This document shows, one piece after another, positions 51,629 through 60,022 of a stretch of DNA of 64,000 nt (position 1 is its first letter; every line of letters begins with the position of its first letter). Made by a program: the position numbers and the translations under genes. Source of the stretch: Parcubacteria group bacterium M6-OD1-4 (GTDB taxonomy: Bacteria > Patescibacteriota > Patescibacteriia > Patescibacteriales > UBA12465). Below the pieces are notes generated by a model that was given only the letters and a program-made list of their open reading frames with translations, was not told the DNA's origin and did not search any database. The stretch covers positions 188,630-252,629 of the forward strand of contig LSNS01000004.1 of NCBI GenBank assembly GCA_003056205.1, given 5' to 3'.

Positions 51629-54337
51629 TTATTGACAATTGCCGTTCGTTCCCAAGGTTTTGGTTGGACTTCCAAAACAACAAGAAGGAGTACCACTGGT
51701 TGCTGCACAAGAAGGGCCCGCACTAGGTTTATAACAATTCTGATAAATATCCTTCACGCCAGAACCAACTTGAGCCTGAAAAGTCGCCGACGCTTTTAAA
51801 GGGGAATGGAAAATCGTCGCTTGGGTAATATCGGGAAAACCATCATAAGGTGGTAAATCTTTATTCTGAGCACTCAACCAATAACCCAGGGGACTAGGCG
51901 AAAGACTATAAAGATTAATGAGGTGGTGTTCAGTCTTTGAATTTTTATTAATTACTTTTACCGCTCCCGATTGAAGAGTGCTTTTCATCATTAATTTATT
52001 AAAAGTAATATTAACAGGAACGGTCAGTTTTAATTTTTTCTGTCCTTGGATTGGACTAATATTACTAATAATTGGCGGATTTAAATTAAGTTTATCACTA
52101 ATATAGAATGACCACTGATAGTTATCTTTTTGTGCTAAATTAACAGTTGAACTAGCAGTATAGTTGTCATTATAGAAAGAGATTGGCCCATTGGCGACTC
52201 CGTCACGATTACCATCTAAAGAATTGAGCGAAGCACTAAGCACCCCATCTAATTTAGTGGCATCAGCGGCGGGATAGTTCTGACCTGAGGAGTTTTGACA
52301 AGTGGAATAGGCGAGTGAGCTAGCAGAACAAGTTCGAAATGATCCATCAGCCCAACAACTCTTATCACTGGTACAAGCCTGAAGATCAGCCGCCGTTAAT
52401 TTAACAGTTAAATGACTATTAGAAGGTAAACAATAAATTTTTTCACCACAAGCATTAATACCGCACTCTTGATTAGAGGTAAATTCTACAGTGTGGTAAG
52501 CATTACTAACCATGAAATTACCATCTAAATAATTACCAACACAAGTATTATTAGAACATTTATAAGACTGACATTGGGCATTATTACTGCAAACCGCCCC
52601 TGCTGAACTACTAGAAGCATTAGCATTAACAACTTTAATATATTTAACAACTTTTTCAGCTGGTCCAGAAATTGTGAGAGGATTAATAGCTTTATTAAAA
52701 TTAATTTGAATAACAGTATTTAAAGGTTGATCGGGTTTATCTTGAAATTGGTTAGTAACTTTCCGATCACGTCCTCCGGTCAGTGGAATAATTTGAATGG
52801 CTGGCGAATTACTCGTACTGACCGCAATATTATTACCACTAAGCCCCTGGACTTTAGCACTGAGATTTACAGTTGAACCATTCAAACTAACATTAATAGC
52901 AGAATTACCACTAATTTTAGCTTCAATATTTGATGCTAATTGATTATTACTAAAATTATTAGGAACTAAAATATTATTATTTAAACTAGAACTAGCAAAA
53001 GTATAGACTAGCGAATTAATAGTTAAATTATCGGCTAATTTCTCCGGACTAATTTTAATATCCCATAAACTGCCGGCTGGATGTTGCGGAGCAATAAAGG
53101 TCATAAATCCTTTGAAGACGGCCTGTCCCGAAGAATTAAAACTAGCAACACCGAGAGGATTATTGTGAACATCAAACAATTGTGCCTGATTGGGAGCGGT
53201 GGCGGAAACGGAAATTTTAAACTCAGTAATTGATCCTTGATAATCTAGCAAAACTCGGGCCGTACTTGGAGTAGCAGTGTTTTCTGCGGTCACCGATAAA
53301 ACTTTAGCTGGACTATAAATATTGGGACGAGCTTGAACAATAATCTGACCATGGGCCGCTTGGGCCGGACTGGTTTGATTAATAATATCTCGAGCATTAT
53401 CTGGTGGCGGAAAAATGCCATTAGGAACAACTATCGGGGGTACTAAATCTAGTTTATTACTAACGGTAAAATTCCAAGCAGCATAGTTTGTTGAGCAAGT
53501 AGCAAACATCGAAGAATTATCTACTTTCCGAATAACATTTGTAAATTTAACAGTGTACGGGGTATCACCATTAGAACGACCAAGATATTGACGAGGGATT
53601 AATAACAAAGTTTGATGATCGCTAGAAACTTGAACAGAAATGTCAGTATTATTAGTATTAACTTTTGGACAAGATATTTTTGAACAAGCATCGCCTAAAT
53701 CTTGGGTATAAAGTCTAACCGCCGCCGGGTTAATTTGGTCACAACTAGAAGTGTTGGAACACGCACAACTACTTCCAGAACTATCAACACAAACTGTATC
53801 TAACTTAACTTTATTCTTGAAACTAATAATAAGTGAGGTGTTCCGTGGAACATTTTGTTGACCATTTGTCGGATAAGTATTCTGAATTGTACAAGCACCA
53901 ATAACGCCAATCCCCGGATTATTAAATCCCGGTCCTGTCGGAGGCCCTGGCACTGGAACATTTACACCAATCATCGCTGCGGCTAATCTGCTAATAATAA
54001 AAGTAGCAATCGCCCAAGAACTTAAAATAATTACTAAACCAATAATAGCATTTTTAAGAATTTTTTTAGCACTAGTTATTTTTTCTTCATCACCATTAGA
54101 AGTCATCCATAAAAAACCAGCATAAATAATAATGGAAACGGCAATTACTCCTAGGAAACTTAGAGCAATTTGAATAATTCGACCAATTAAAATTCGGGGG
54201 TCAGTCATCGTTAATGATCCGGCAAGACCATTATTAACAATATTAATTCCAAAACTTGCTGCTAATACAAAATTACTGATGAATATTATTCCCAGGAAAC
54301 TAAGGAAAGGGATAATTAATTTCAATCTTTTAATCAT
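51629..54337 (-). CDS. Giant (902 aa) surface protein: VirB2/TrbC-like pilin-type N-terminal hairpin fused to Big_5-like and Cys-rich ectodomains
   Basis: The N-terminal ~120 aa are paralogous to those of the 1508-aa protein (DPRILIGRIIQIALSFLGVIAVSIIIYAGFLWMTSNGDEEKITSAKKILKNAIIGLVIILSSWAIATFIISRL). Downstream are SbsA/Big_5-like units (TYPTNGQQNVPRNTSLIISF, NTVIQINFNKAINP, VPVNITFNKLM) and many Cys residues. Confidence 0.75.
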   Translation of the reverse strand: MIKRLKLIIPFLSFLGIIFISNFVLAASFGINIVNNGLAGSLTMTDPRILIGRIIQIALSFLGVIAVSIIIYAGFLWMTSNGDEEKITSAKKILKNAIIGLVIILSSWAIATFIISRLAAAMIGVNVPVPGPPTGPGFNNPGIGVIGACTIQNTYPTNGQQNVPRNTSLIISFKNKVKLDTVCVDSSGSSCACSNTSSCDQINPAAVRLYTQDLGDACSKISCPKVNTNNTDISVQVSSDHQTLLLIPRQYLGRSNGDTPYTVKFTNVIRKVDNSSMFATCSTNYAAWNFTVSNKLDLVPPIVVPNGIFPPPDNARDIINQTSPAQAAHGQIIVQARPNIYSPAKVLSVTAENTATPSTARVLLDYQGSITEFKISVSATAPNQAQLFDVHNNPLGVASFNSSGQAVFKGFMTFIAPQHPAGSLWDIKISPEKLADNLTINSLVYTFASSSLNNNILVPNNFSNNQLASNIEAKISGNSAINVSLNGSTVNLSAKVQGLSGNNIAVSTSNSPAIQIIPLTGGRDRKVTNQFQDKPDQPLNTVIQINFNKAINPLTISGPAEKVVKYIKVVNANASSSSAGAVCSNNAQCQSYKCSNNTCVGNYLDGNFMVSNAYHTVEFTSNQECGINACGEKIYCLPSNSHLTVKLTAADLQACTSDKSCWADGSFRTCSASSLAYSTCQNSSGQNYPAADATKLDGVLSASLNSLDGNRDGVANGPISFYNDNYTASSTVNLAQKDNYQWSFYISDKLNLNPPIISNISPIQGQKKLKLTVPVNITFNKLMMKSTLQSGAVKVINKNSKTEHHLINLYSLSPSPLGYWLSAQNKDLPPYDGFPDITQATIFHSPLKASATFQAQVGSGVKDIYQNCYKPSAGPSCAATSGTPSCCFGSPTKTLGTNGNCQ

Positions 54338-54477
54338 CTTTGATAAGTAATAAAAATTTTAAATTAAGTTTCAATATGATATAATATATTAATCTTATTA
54401 TATCATAGAAAATTAAAAATAAAAAAGAAAAAGATTAAAAATAAGATAAAATAAACAAAAAATTATCAACCCAACCT

Positions 54478-55944
54478 ATGACGATTGAGAGAATAATACA
54501 AAAATTTAAAGAAAACCATCCTGGAGAAGATACCACGGTCTTGTCATTGGCTTTTGAATTTGCCTCAGTTGCCCATGCTAATCAAAAACGACAAAGTGGT
54601 GAATCTTATATCCAACACCCTCTACACACTGCTTATATTTTAACGGAAATCAAAGCGGATTTAGCAACTGTCGCTGCTGGGCTACTTCATGATGTTCCTG
54701 AAGATACTGATCGTACTTTAGAAGACATTAAAATACTTTTTGGTCCTGATATTGCTATGCTAGTGGAGGGAATTACTAAATTAGGTAAAATAAAATATCG
54801 CGGTGTAGAACGCTATCGAGAAAATTTAAAGAAAATGTTTCTGGCAATGTCCAGCGATCTCCGGGTAATTTTTATTAAATTCTGTGATCGCTTAAATAAT
54901 CTCCGAACCTTAGAGAGTCTTCCTCCTGAAAAACAAAAAAGGATTGCCCAAGAAACTTTAGAAATTTATGTGCCCATCGCCAGTCTACTTGGTATTAGTC
55001 GTCTAAAATGGCAGATGGAAGATATTTGTTTTAAGTTCCTTTATCCCGAAGAATATCAGGAACTAGAGTATAAATATGAGGTAGAAAAAAAAGTAGAAAG
55101 AAATCGTTTCTTTCAAAAAGTCAAAAGCATTTTAAATCCAAAATTAATGGAAGCAGGGATTCAATACACTATTGAGGTTCGTTTCAAACATCTCTACAGT
55201 ATTTATCTAAAGATGCAAAAAAAAGAACGAAAGTTTAACGAAATCTATGATGTTTTTGCCCTGCGTTTAATTGTCCCCACAATTGATGATTGCTATAAAA
55301 GTTTAGGAGTTATTCATACTCTCTGGAAACCTTGGCCAAATCGTTTTAAAGATTATATTGCCGTTCCTAAACCTAATGGCTATCGTTCACTCCATACCAC
55401 TGTTTTTGGACCAGAAGGCAAGGCGACCGAATTTCAAATTAGAACCCAAGAAATGCATGAAGAAAGTATTTATGGTTTAGCGGCTCACTGGTATTATAAA
55501 ATTCAAAAAGGTTCAGAATCTTATAAAACTCCAGGCTGGGTAGAAGAAATTCTCGATATTCAAAAAGAAATCAGTAATACTAATGAATTAGTTAAAAAAA
55601 TAAAATTAAATATTTTTCAAGATCGCATCTTTGTTTTTTCACCGCGTGGCGATGTTTTTGAACTTCCCGAACATGCCACGCCAATTGATTTTGCTTATGC
55701 GGTTCATACTAATATCGGGAATAAAGCCGCCGGAGCAATTATTAATGATAAGTTTGGTAGTCTAGATCAAAAACTGAAAAACGGTGACTTTGTTGAAATT
55801 GTCACCGAAAAGAATCGTCCTTATCCAAATCGGGATTGGTTGAAATTTGTTAAAACTAAACGAGCTCGTGACCACATTAAACAATTTGCCAAAAAATCAA
55901 CTTTAGAAAATATCAGAAAATTTATTCCTGGTATTAAGAAATAA
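54478..55944 (+). CDS. Short bifunctional RelA/SpoT homolog (HD hydrolase + synthetase + TGS; no C-terminal regulatory domains)
   Basis: The HD domain has HPLHTAYIL...LLHDVPEDT. The synthetase domain has GYRSLHTTV and EFQIRTQEMH. The TGS domain has IFVFSPRGDVFELPEHATPIDFAYAVH. At 488 aa it is well short of the ~700+ aa of long RSH proteins. Confidence 0.9.
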   Translation: MTIERIIQKFKENHPGEDTTVLSLAFEFASVAHANQKRQSGESYIQHPLHTAYILTEIKADLATVAAGLLHDVPEDTDRTLEDIKILFGPDIAMLVEGITKLGKIKYRGVERYRENLKKMFLAMSSDLRVIFIKFCDRLNNLRTLESLPPEKQKRIAQETLEIYVPIASLLGISRLKWQMEDICFKFLYPEEYQELEYKYEVEKKVERNRFFQKVKSILNPKLMEAGIQYTIEVRFKHLYSIYLKMQKKERKFNEIYDVFALRLIVPTIDDCYKSLGVIHTLWKPWPNRFKDYIAVPKPNGYRSLHTTVFGPEGKATEFQIRTQEMHEESIYGLAAHWYYKIQKGSESYKTPGWVEEILDIQKEISNTNELVKKIKLNIFQDRIFVFSPRGDVFELPEHATPIDFAYAVHTNIGNKAAGAIINDKFGSLDQKLKNGDFVEIVTEKNRPYPNRDWLKFVKTKRARDHIKQFAKKSTLENIRKFIPGIKK

Positions 55945-55946
55945 AA

Positions 55947-55972
55947 AATCACTTCGGTAAAAGTGATTTTTT
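55947..55972. terminator. Bidirectional Rho-independent terminator (relA/spoT homolog and convergent rpsU)
   Basis: An 8-bp stem aatcactt/aagtgatt with a 6-nt loop, an A-run before it and TTTT after it. Confidence 0.7.
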
Positions 55973-55998
55973 AGATTCTCACAAATAAAAATGAAGTT

Positions 55999-56232
55999 TT
56001 AAGAACGCATCGTGCCTTCTGGTAATTTACCAATTTTACGTAAATATTCATTCTTCTTCTGTAAATCAAGACCAATTAGAGCTTGTTTTTTCTGAAGGTG
56101 TTTAGTCTTTTTTGGTTTCAAATGTTGTTTAGAGCGTGCTTTCTCTAAACGTTTACTATTTTTGAGTCCTTTCTTAAATTTCCGTAAAAAACTCTCAAAA
56201 CTTTCACCTGGTTTTCTTTTAAAGTCTGCCAT
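55999..56232 (-). CDS. rpsU: 30S ribosomal protein S21 (with C-terminal extension)
   Basis: Starting at MADFKRKPGESFESFLRKFKKGLKNSKRLEKARSKQHLKPKK it fits the S21 pattern (GES.E..LR.FK....). The upstream Met of the track ORF (56271) would overlap hisS more extensively. Confidence 0.6.
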   Translation of the reverse strand: MADFKRKPGESFESFLRKFKKGLKNSKRLEKARSKQHLKPKKTKHLQKKQALIGLDLQKKNEYLRKIGKLPEGTMRS

Positions 56233-57604
56233 ATAGTCCGCCCCCCTTTCTATTATTAATTTTTTTTTCAACTAATTTATTTTTTTTATTCAAGTGTTCC
56301 TTAATCTTTTTGTAAACTATCGTTTCCTGTGTTCCCGAGTCCATATCACGGAGCAAGATAGTGCCATCCATAATTTCTTTCTTTCCTAAAATTAAGCTCG
56401 TCTTGGCCTGCATAGCTACCGCCTCTTCTAATTGATTTCTTAAACTATCCGAAGTTAAGGATTGTCGGACTTTAAAGCCTGCTTGTCGTAAATCAATAAA
56501 TAATTGAAAAGCTTTAATTCGCGCCTGATTACCTAATTGAGCGATAAATATTATATCATCTTCATACTTATTAATCAAGTTCGCTTTATCTTTGATTTTA
56601 GCAATTGTTCTTTCTAAACCAATAGCAAGACCCACTGCTGGAGTTGCTAAACCACCAAAATCTTCAATTGCAGAATCATAACGACCACCACCAGCTAACG
56701 CTAAGCGCCCCGCAGGCACGCCCTCATTATTTAGTGGCCAGAATTCAAAAACCGTATCATTATAATAATTTAAACCCCGTACTAAATAAGGGTTAAAATT
56801 ATAATTGACATTAAGTTCATCTAAAAATTCGAGAGTCTTGGTAAAATGTTCTCGTCCCTCTGCTGATAAATGGTCAACAATCTGAGGAGCCTCTTCATGA
56901 AGTTGAAGACAAGATTCTTCCTGACAATCTAACAGTCCTAAACAATTTTTATTTAAGTTATTCTTACAAGAACGACATAGTTTGGAACGTCGTCCTCGCT
57001 CTTTATAGAAGTTTAATAATTTATTACAATATTCTCGTTGACAATCGGCTTGTCCAATACTGTTGATTTGCACCTGGACTTTGATTCCTAATTCGGCAAA
57101 AAAACTATTAGCCAAGGCAATTAGTAAAGCCTCAGAGAGGGGTTTATCATCACCAATAATCTCCAAATTTAATTGAGTAGATTCTCGATAGTGTCCAGTT
57201 TGTAATTTATCATAACGAAAAATCGGTCCCAATGAGAATAAACGAGCAGCTGAATTTTGTTCATTTAAATCACTAGCAACATAAGCTCGTAACACTCCTT
57301 GAGTAATTTCTGGCCGCAGAGTAATTTTTTCATTTTTTCCACCTAATACTGAATAAAATTCATGACCAGTATTTTTTCTAGTAGACTTTTTATATAAATC
57401 ATAAGTCTCTAAAATCGGAGTTTTAATTGAACTAAAACCATAGATCTTAGCAAATTCTCGAGCCCGAGCAATAACATAATCATAATACTGGGAATCAAGT
57501 CCCAACAAATCCTTCATACCAAAAAGTCGAGGAAAAGTTTTTTTATCTTCTGCTTCCGTTGTTTGGTCTTTCGGTTTGGCAGTATTTTTTTTTGTTTTTG
57601 GCAT
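56219..57604 (-). CDS. hisS: Histidine--tRNA ligase
   Basis: Class II aaRS motifs (FSLGPIFRYDKLQTGHYRESTQLNLEIIG, ALAGGGRYD, GLAIGLERT) and a C-terminal anticodon-binding domain. A K-rich N-terminal extension is present. Confidence 0.9.
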   Translation of the reverse strand: MPKTKKNTAKPKDQTTEAEDKKTFPRLFGMKDLLGLDSQYYDYVIARAREFAKIYGFSSIKTPILETYDLYKKSTRKNTGHEFYSVLGGKNEKITLRPEITQGVLRAYVASDLNEQNSAARLFSLGPIFRYDKLQTGHYRESTQLNLEIIGDDKPLSEALLIALANSFFAELGIKVQVQINSIGQADCQREYCNKLLNFYKERGRRSKLCRSCKNNLNKNCLGLLDCQEESCLQLHEEAPQIVDHLSAEGREHFTKTLEFLDELNVNYNFNPYLVRGLNYYNDTVFEFWPLNNEGVPAGRLALAGGGRYDSAIEDFGGLATPAVGLAIGLERTIAKIKDKANLINKYEDDIIFIAQLGNQARIKAFQLFIDLRQAGFKVRQSLTSDSLRNQLEEAVAMQAKTSLILGKKEIMDGTILLRDMDSGTQETIVYKKIKEHLNKKNKLVEKKINNRKGGGLYGRL

Positions 57605-57607
57605 AAT

Positions 57608-58177
57608 TTAATTTTTATATTTTGGCCAATGAGCAGCATCAAATAAAGTTACCTCATCTAATGGCCAGCCACGAAATAAAACTTTCCCAATAATAAAACT
57701 AGAATTAACTGGACCAAAATAACGAGAGTCTTTAGAAGCATGCCGATTATCACCAAGGACATAATATTGATGAGGACCAATATCAATTTTCTTCTGATCT
57801 TGATCGAAAGTAGTTAATCTCGGAAATAAATATTTCTCAGATAAAGTGAAACCTTGGGGGTGTTTTTTATTATAAATGATAATATGACCTTGTTTAAATT
57901 GTATCTGCTCGTTTGGCAAACCAATAATTCTTTTAATAAAATATTCTTGAGGATTAAGGGGATAACGAAAAACAATCACTTGTCCCCGTTGCGGTGCTTC
58001 AAAACGATAGCTAATTTCATCCACAATCAAATATTGATTATTTTGGAAATTAGGTTCCATTGAAGAACCCTTCACATAGAAAGGTTGAATAAGAAAATAA
58101 CGTACTGGCAAAATAATCGCTAGAGAAATAGCTACAACCTTAACAATTTCCAAAGTAAATAAAAAAAACTTTTTCAT
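57608..58177 (-). CDS. lepB: Signal peptidase I
   Basis: N-terminal TM helix, catalytic Ser box GSSMEPN, Lys box KRIIGLPNE and GDNRHASKDSR. Confidence 0.92.
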   Translation of the reverse strand: MKKFFLFTLEIVKVVAISLAIILPVRYFLIQPFYVKGSSMEPNFQNNQYLIVDEISYRFEAPQRGQVIVFRYPLNPQEYFIKRIIGLPNEQIQFKQGHIIIYNKKHPQGFTLSEKYLFPRLTTFDQDQKKIDIGPHQYYVLGDNRHASKDSRYFGPVNSSFIIGKVLFRGWPLDEVTLFDAAHWPKYKN

Positions 58178-58410
58178 AAAAAATAAGAATTAACCTTTAC
58201 TATATCAAAAACTAGTAAATAAATCAAATCAGTATAACTGGGTAATAATTATTGAAAAAAATGTTCCATAATGTTAAACTGATGATAAAGAGTAAATAAT
58301 AAGTGCCCGAAGAACACAAATTAATGGTTAATTAGTGAAGTCCTACGAGGGAGGACGAGAGCTAGATTATAATAAATTATTTAATAAAATATAAAGTTAA
58401 TTATTAATAT

Positions 58411-59994
58411 ATGCCCAACCAACAATTAGCTAATTATATCAAACAACAGCTACAGCAAGGCATCTCCCAAGCGACTATTAATACTGAGCTATTGGCAAAA
58501 GGTTGGCAAGTCAGTGATCTCAAAGCCGAATTTGATTTAATTCCACAAACAACTAATAGTAAAAAACCAACTACTAGCCCCAACTTAACCCCTGTCCAAT
58601 CAACAAAAAAATCACCTAAAACTTTAATAATACTAATCGTTATAAGCGCTATATTAATAATTAGTGGCGGAGCTTTGGCTTATTTTTATTACTTCCAATC
58701 ACCAAAAGTGATAGTACAAAAAATGGTTTCTAAATTAATTCAGGTTAAATCGGCAGAATATTCAGGAACAATAGAAATTAAAGCAAATGTCAGTAATTTC
58801 ATGAATGCTAGTAGTACTAATGGAGATTTACTACAATTTACTGGATTATCTATAAATAAGAAAACTAGTAATTTTTTAATTAATTTTACTGGAGCTATTA
58901 ATAGGTATGAAACAAACAAGTTACGGAATTCATTTTCTTTTGACTTAAAAACAAATGCCCTACAACAAGAATTAAGTTTGGGTTTAAAAATTAAAAGTAT
59001 TGGCAAGGTAATTTATATTGAATTAGATGATGTCCCTAAGTTAAAAACTTTTAATTTGGAGGCCATAAAAAATCACTGGGTAAAAATTGATACAGGAACA
59101 GTTAAAAAACAACTTAAAGTCAGTAATGATACAATTGGGATGTCTCCCAAACAAATTCTGAAATCAAGAGCAATCGCCGAGAAGGTTTTTAAACTGACTG
59201 AAAAATCAAATAATACCAAACTCAACAATTTAGTTACTTATCATTATAAATTTATTATCGAAATAAAAGAGCTTAAAAAATTATTTATCAATTTTAGGCA
59301 AACCATGCAAAATAAATCTTTAACTAAAGAAGAATTGACTAAAATTGATAATGATTTTGAAACAATAAAATCAGCTCAAGGAGAGATTTGGATTGGTAAA
59401 AAAGATTTATTACCATACAAACTGACCTTAAATTTAATAACCAAAGCATCTCACAAAGGTCAAGCTCCCATGGAAATCAAATTTACAATCTTAACCAAGA
59501 ATTTTAATCAAGCAATTAAAATAAATCCTCCGGCACAAGTTAAAACTTTAGAAGAACTTATAGGAAGTTTATTTGGTGGATTCGGTAATCAAGTTTCACT
59601 AAATATTCCCCAAAAAGATATATCACCATCAATCAAGACGACCGCCACAAGTACCGGACAGACAAGCAAAGAATTATCCATGCAAATTAGAGCTAAGAGT
59701 GATATTAATATGAATCAGGCTAACACTAATAGCCAAGGGCTTATTAATGCTAAAAAAGAATTATCCAAAACGAATACTAATACTATTGACACTGATCACG
59801 ATGGTTTAAGCGATTATCAAGAACTTAAAATATATCAAACTGATCCTCTAAACCCCGATACTGACGGTGATGGTTATAACGACGGAGCAGAGGTTAAAGC
59901 AGGTTATAATCCTAATGGCCCGGGTAAGCTACCCCAAAATATTATTAACACTAGCTCCCAGTCCACGACAACTATAAAGGGTGGCATTAAATAA
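58411..59994 (+). CDS. Membrane-anchored exported protein with C-terminal thrombospondin-type-3-like Ca-binding repeats (paralog family of 42682-43530)
   Basis: 527 aa with a small cytoplasmic N-domain, one TM helix and a large ectodomain. The C-terminus reads DTDHDGLSDYQELKIYQTDPLNPDTDGDGYNDGAEVKAGYNPNGPGKLP. Confidence 0.65.
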   Translation: MPNQQLANYIKQQLQQGISQATINTELLAKGWQVSDLKAEFDLIPQTTNSKKPTTSPNLTPVQSTKKSPKTLIILIVISAILIISGGALAYFYYFQSPKVIVQKMVSKLIQVKSAEYSGTIEIKANVSNFMNASSTNGDLLQFTGLSINKKTSNFLINFTGAINRYETNKLRNSFSFDLKTNALQQELSLGLKIKSIGKVIYIELDDVPKLKTFNLEAIKNHWVKIDTGTVKKQLKVSNDTIGMSPKQILKSRAIAEKVFKLTEKSNNTKLNNLVTYHYKFIIEIKELKKLFINFRQTMQNKSLTKEELTKIDNDFETIKSAQGEIWIGKKDLLPYKLTLNLITKASHKGQAPMEIKFTILTKNFNQAIKINPPAQVKTLEELIGSLFGGFGNQVSLNIPQKDISPSIKTTATSTGQTSKELSMQIRAKSDINMNQANTNSQGLINAKKELSKTNTNTIDTDHDGLSDYQELKIYQTDPLNPDTDGDGYNDGAEVKAGYNPNGPGKLPQNIINTSSQSTTTIKGGIK

Positions 59995-60022
59995 ATTACT
60001 GAATTAACTCTTTCTATTCTTT

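Noticed and set aside
26057-54337. A complete type IV secretion or conjugation system in the window.
   Set aside because: Only a VirD4/TraD-like ATPase and pilin-like N-terminal modules are present. No VirB4, VirB6, VirB8-10, relaxase or lytic-transglycosylase VirB1 genes are recognisable here, and the components are 20 kb apart.
56219-56271. Extended overlap between hisS and the upstream-Met version of the S21 ORF.
   Set aside because: The conserved S21 N-terminus begins at the internal Met (ATG 56232). The longer form adds 13 non-conserved residues and a 53-nt overlap, so the shorter start is preferred. A 14-nt overlap remains and is unremarkable in a compact genome.
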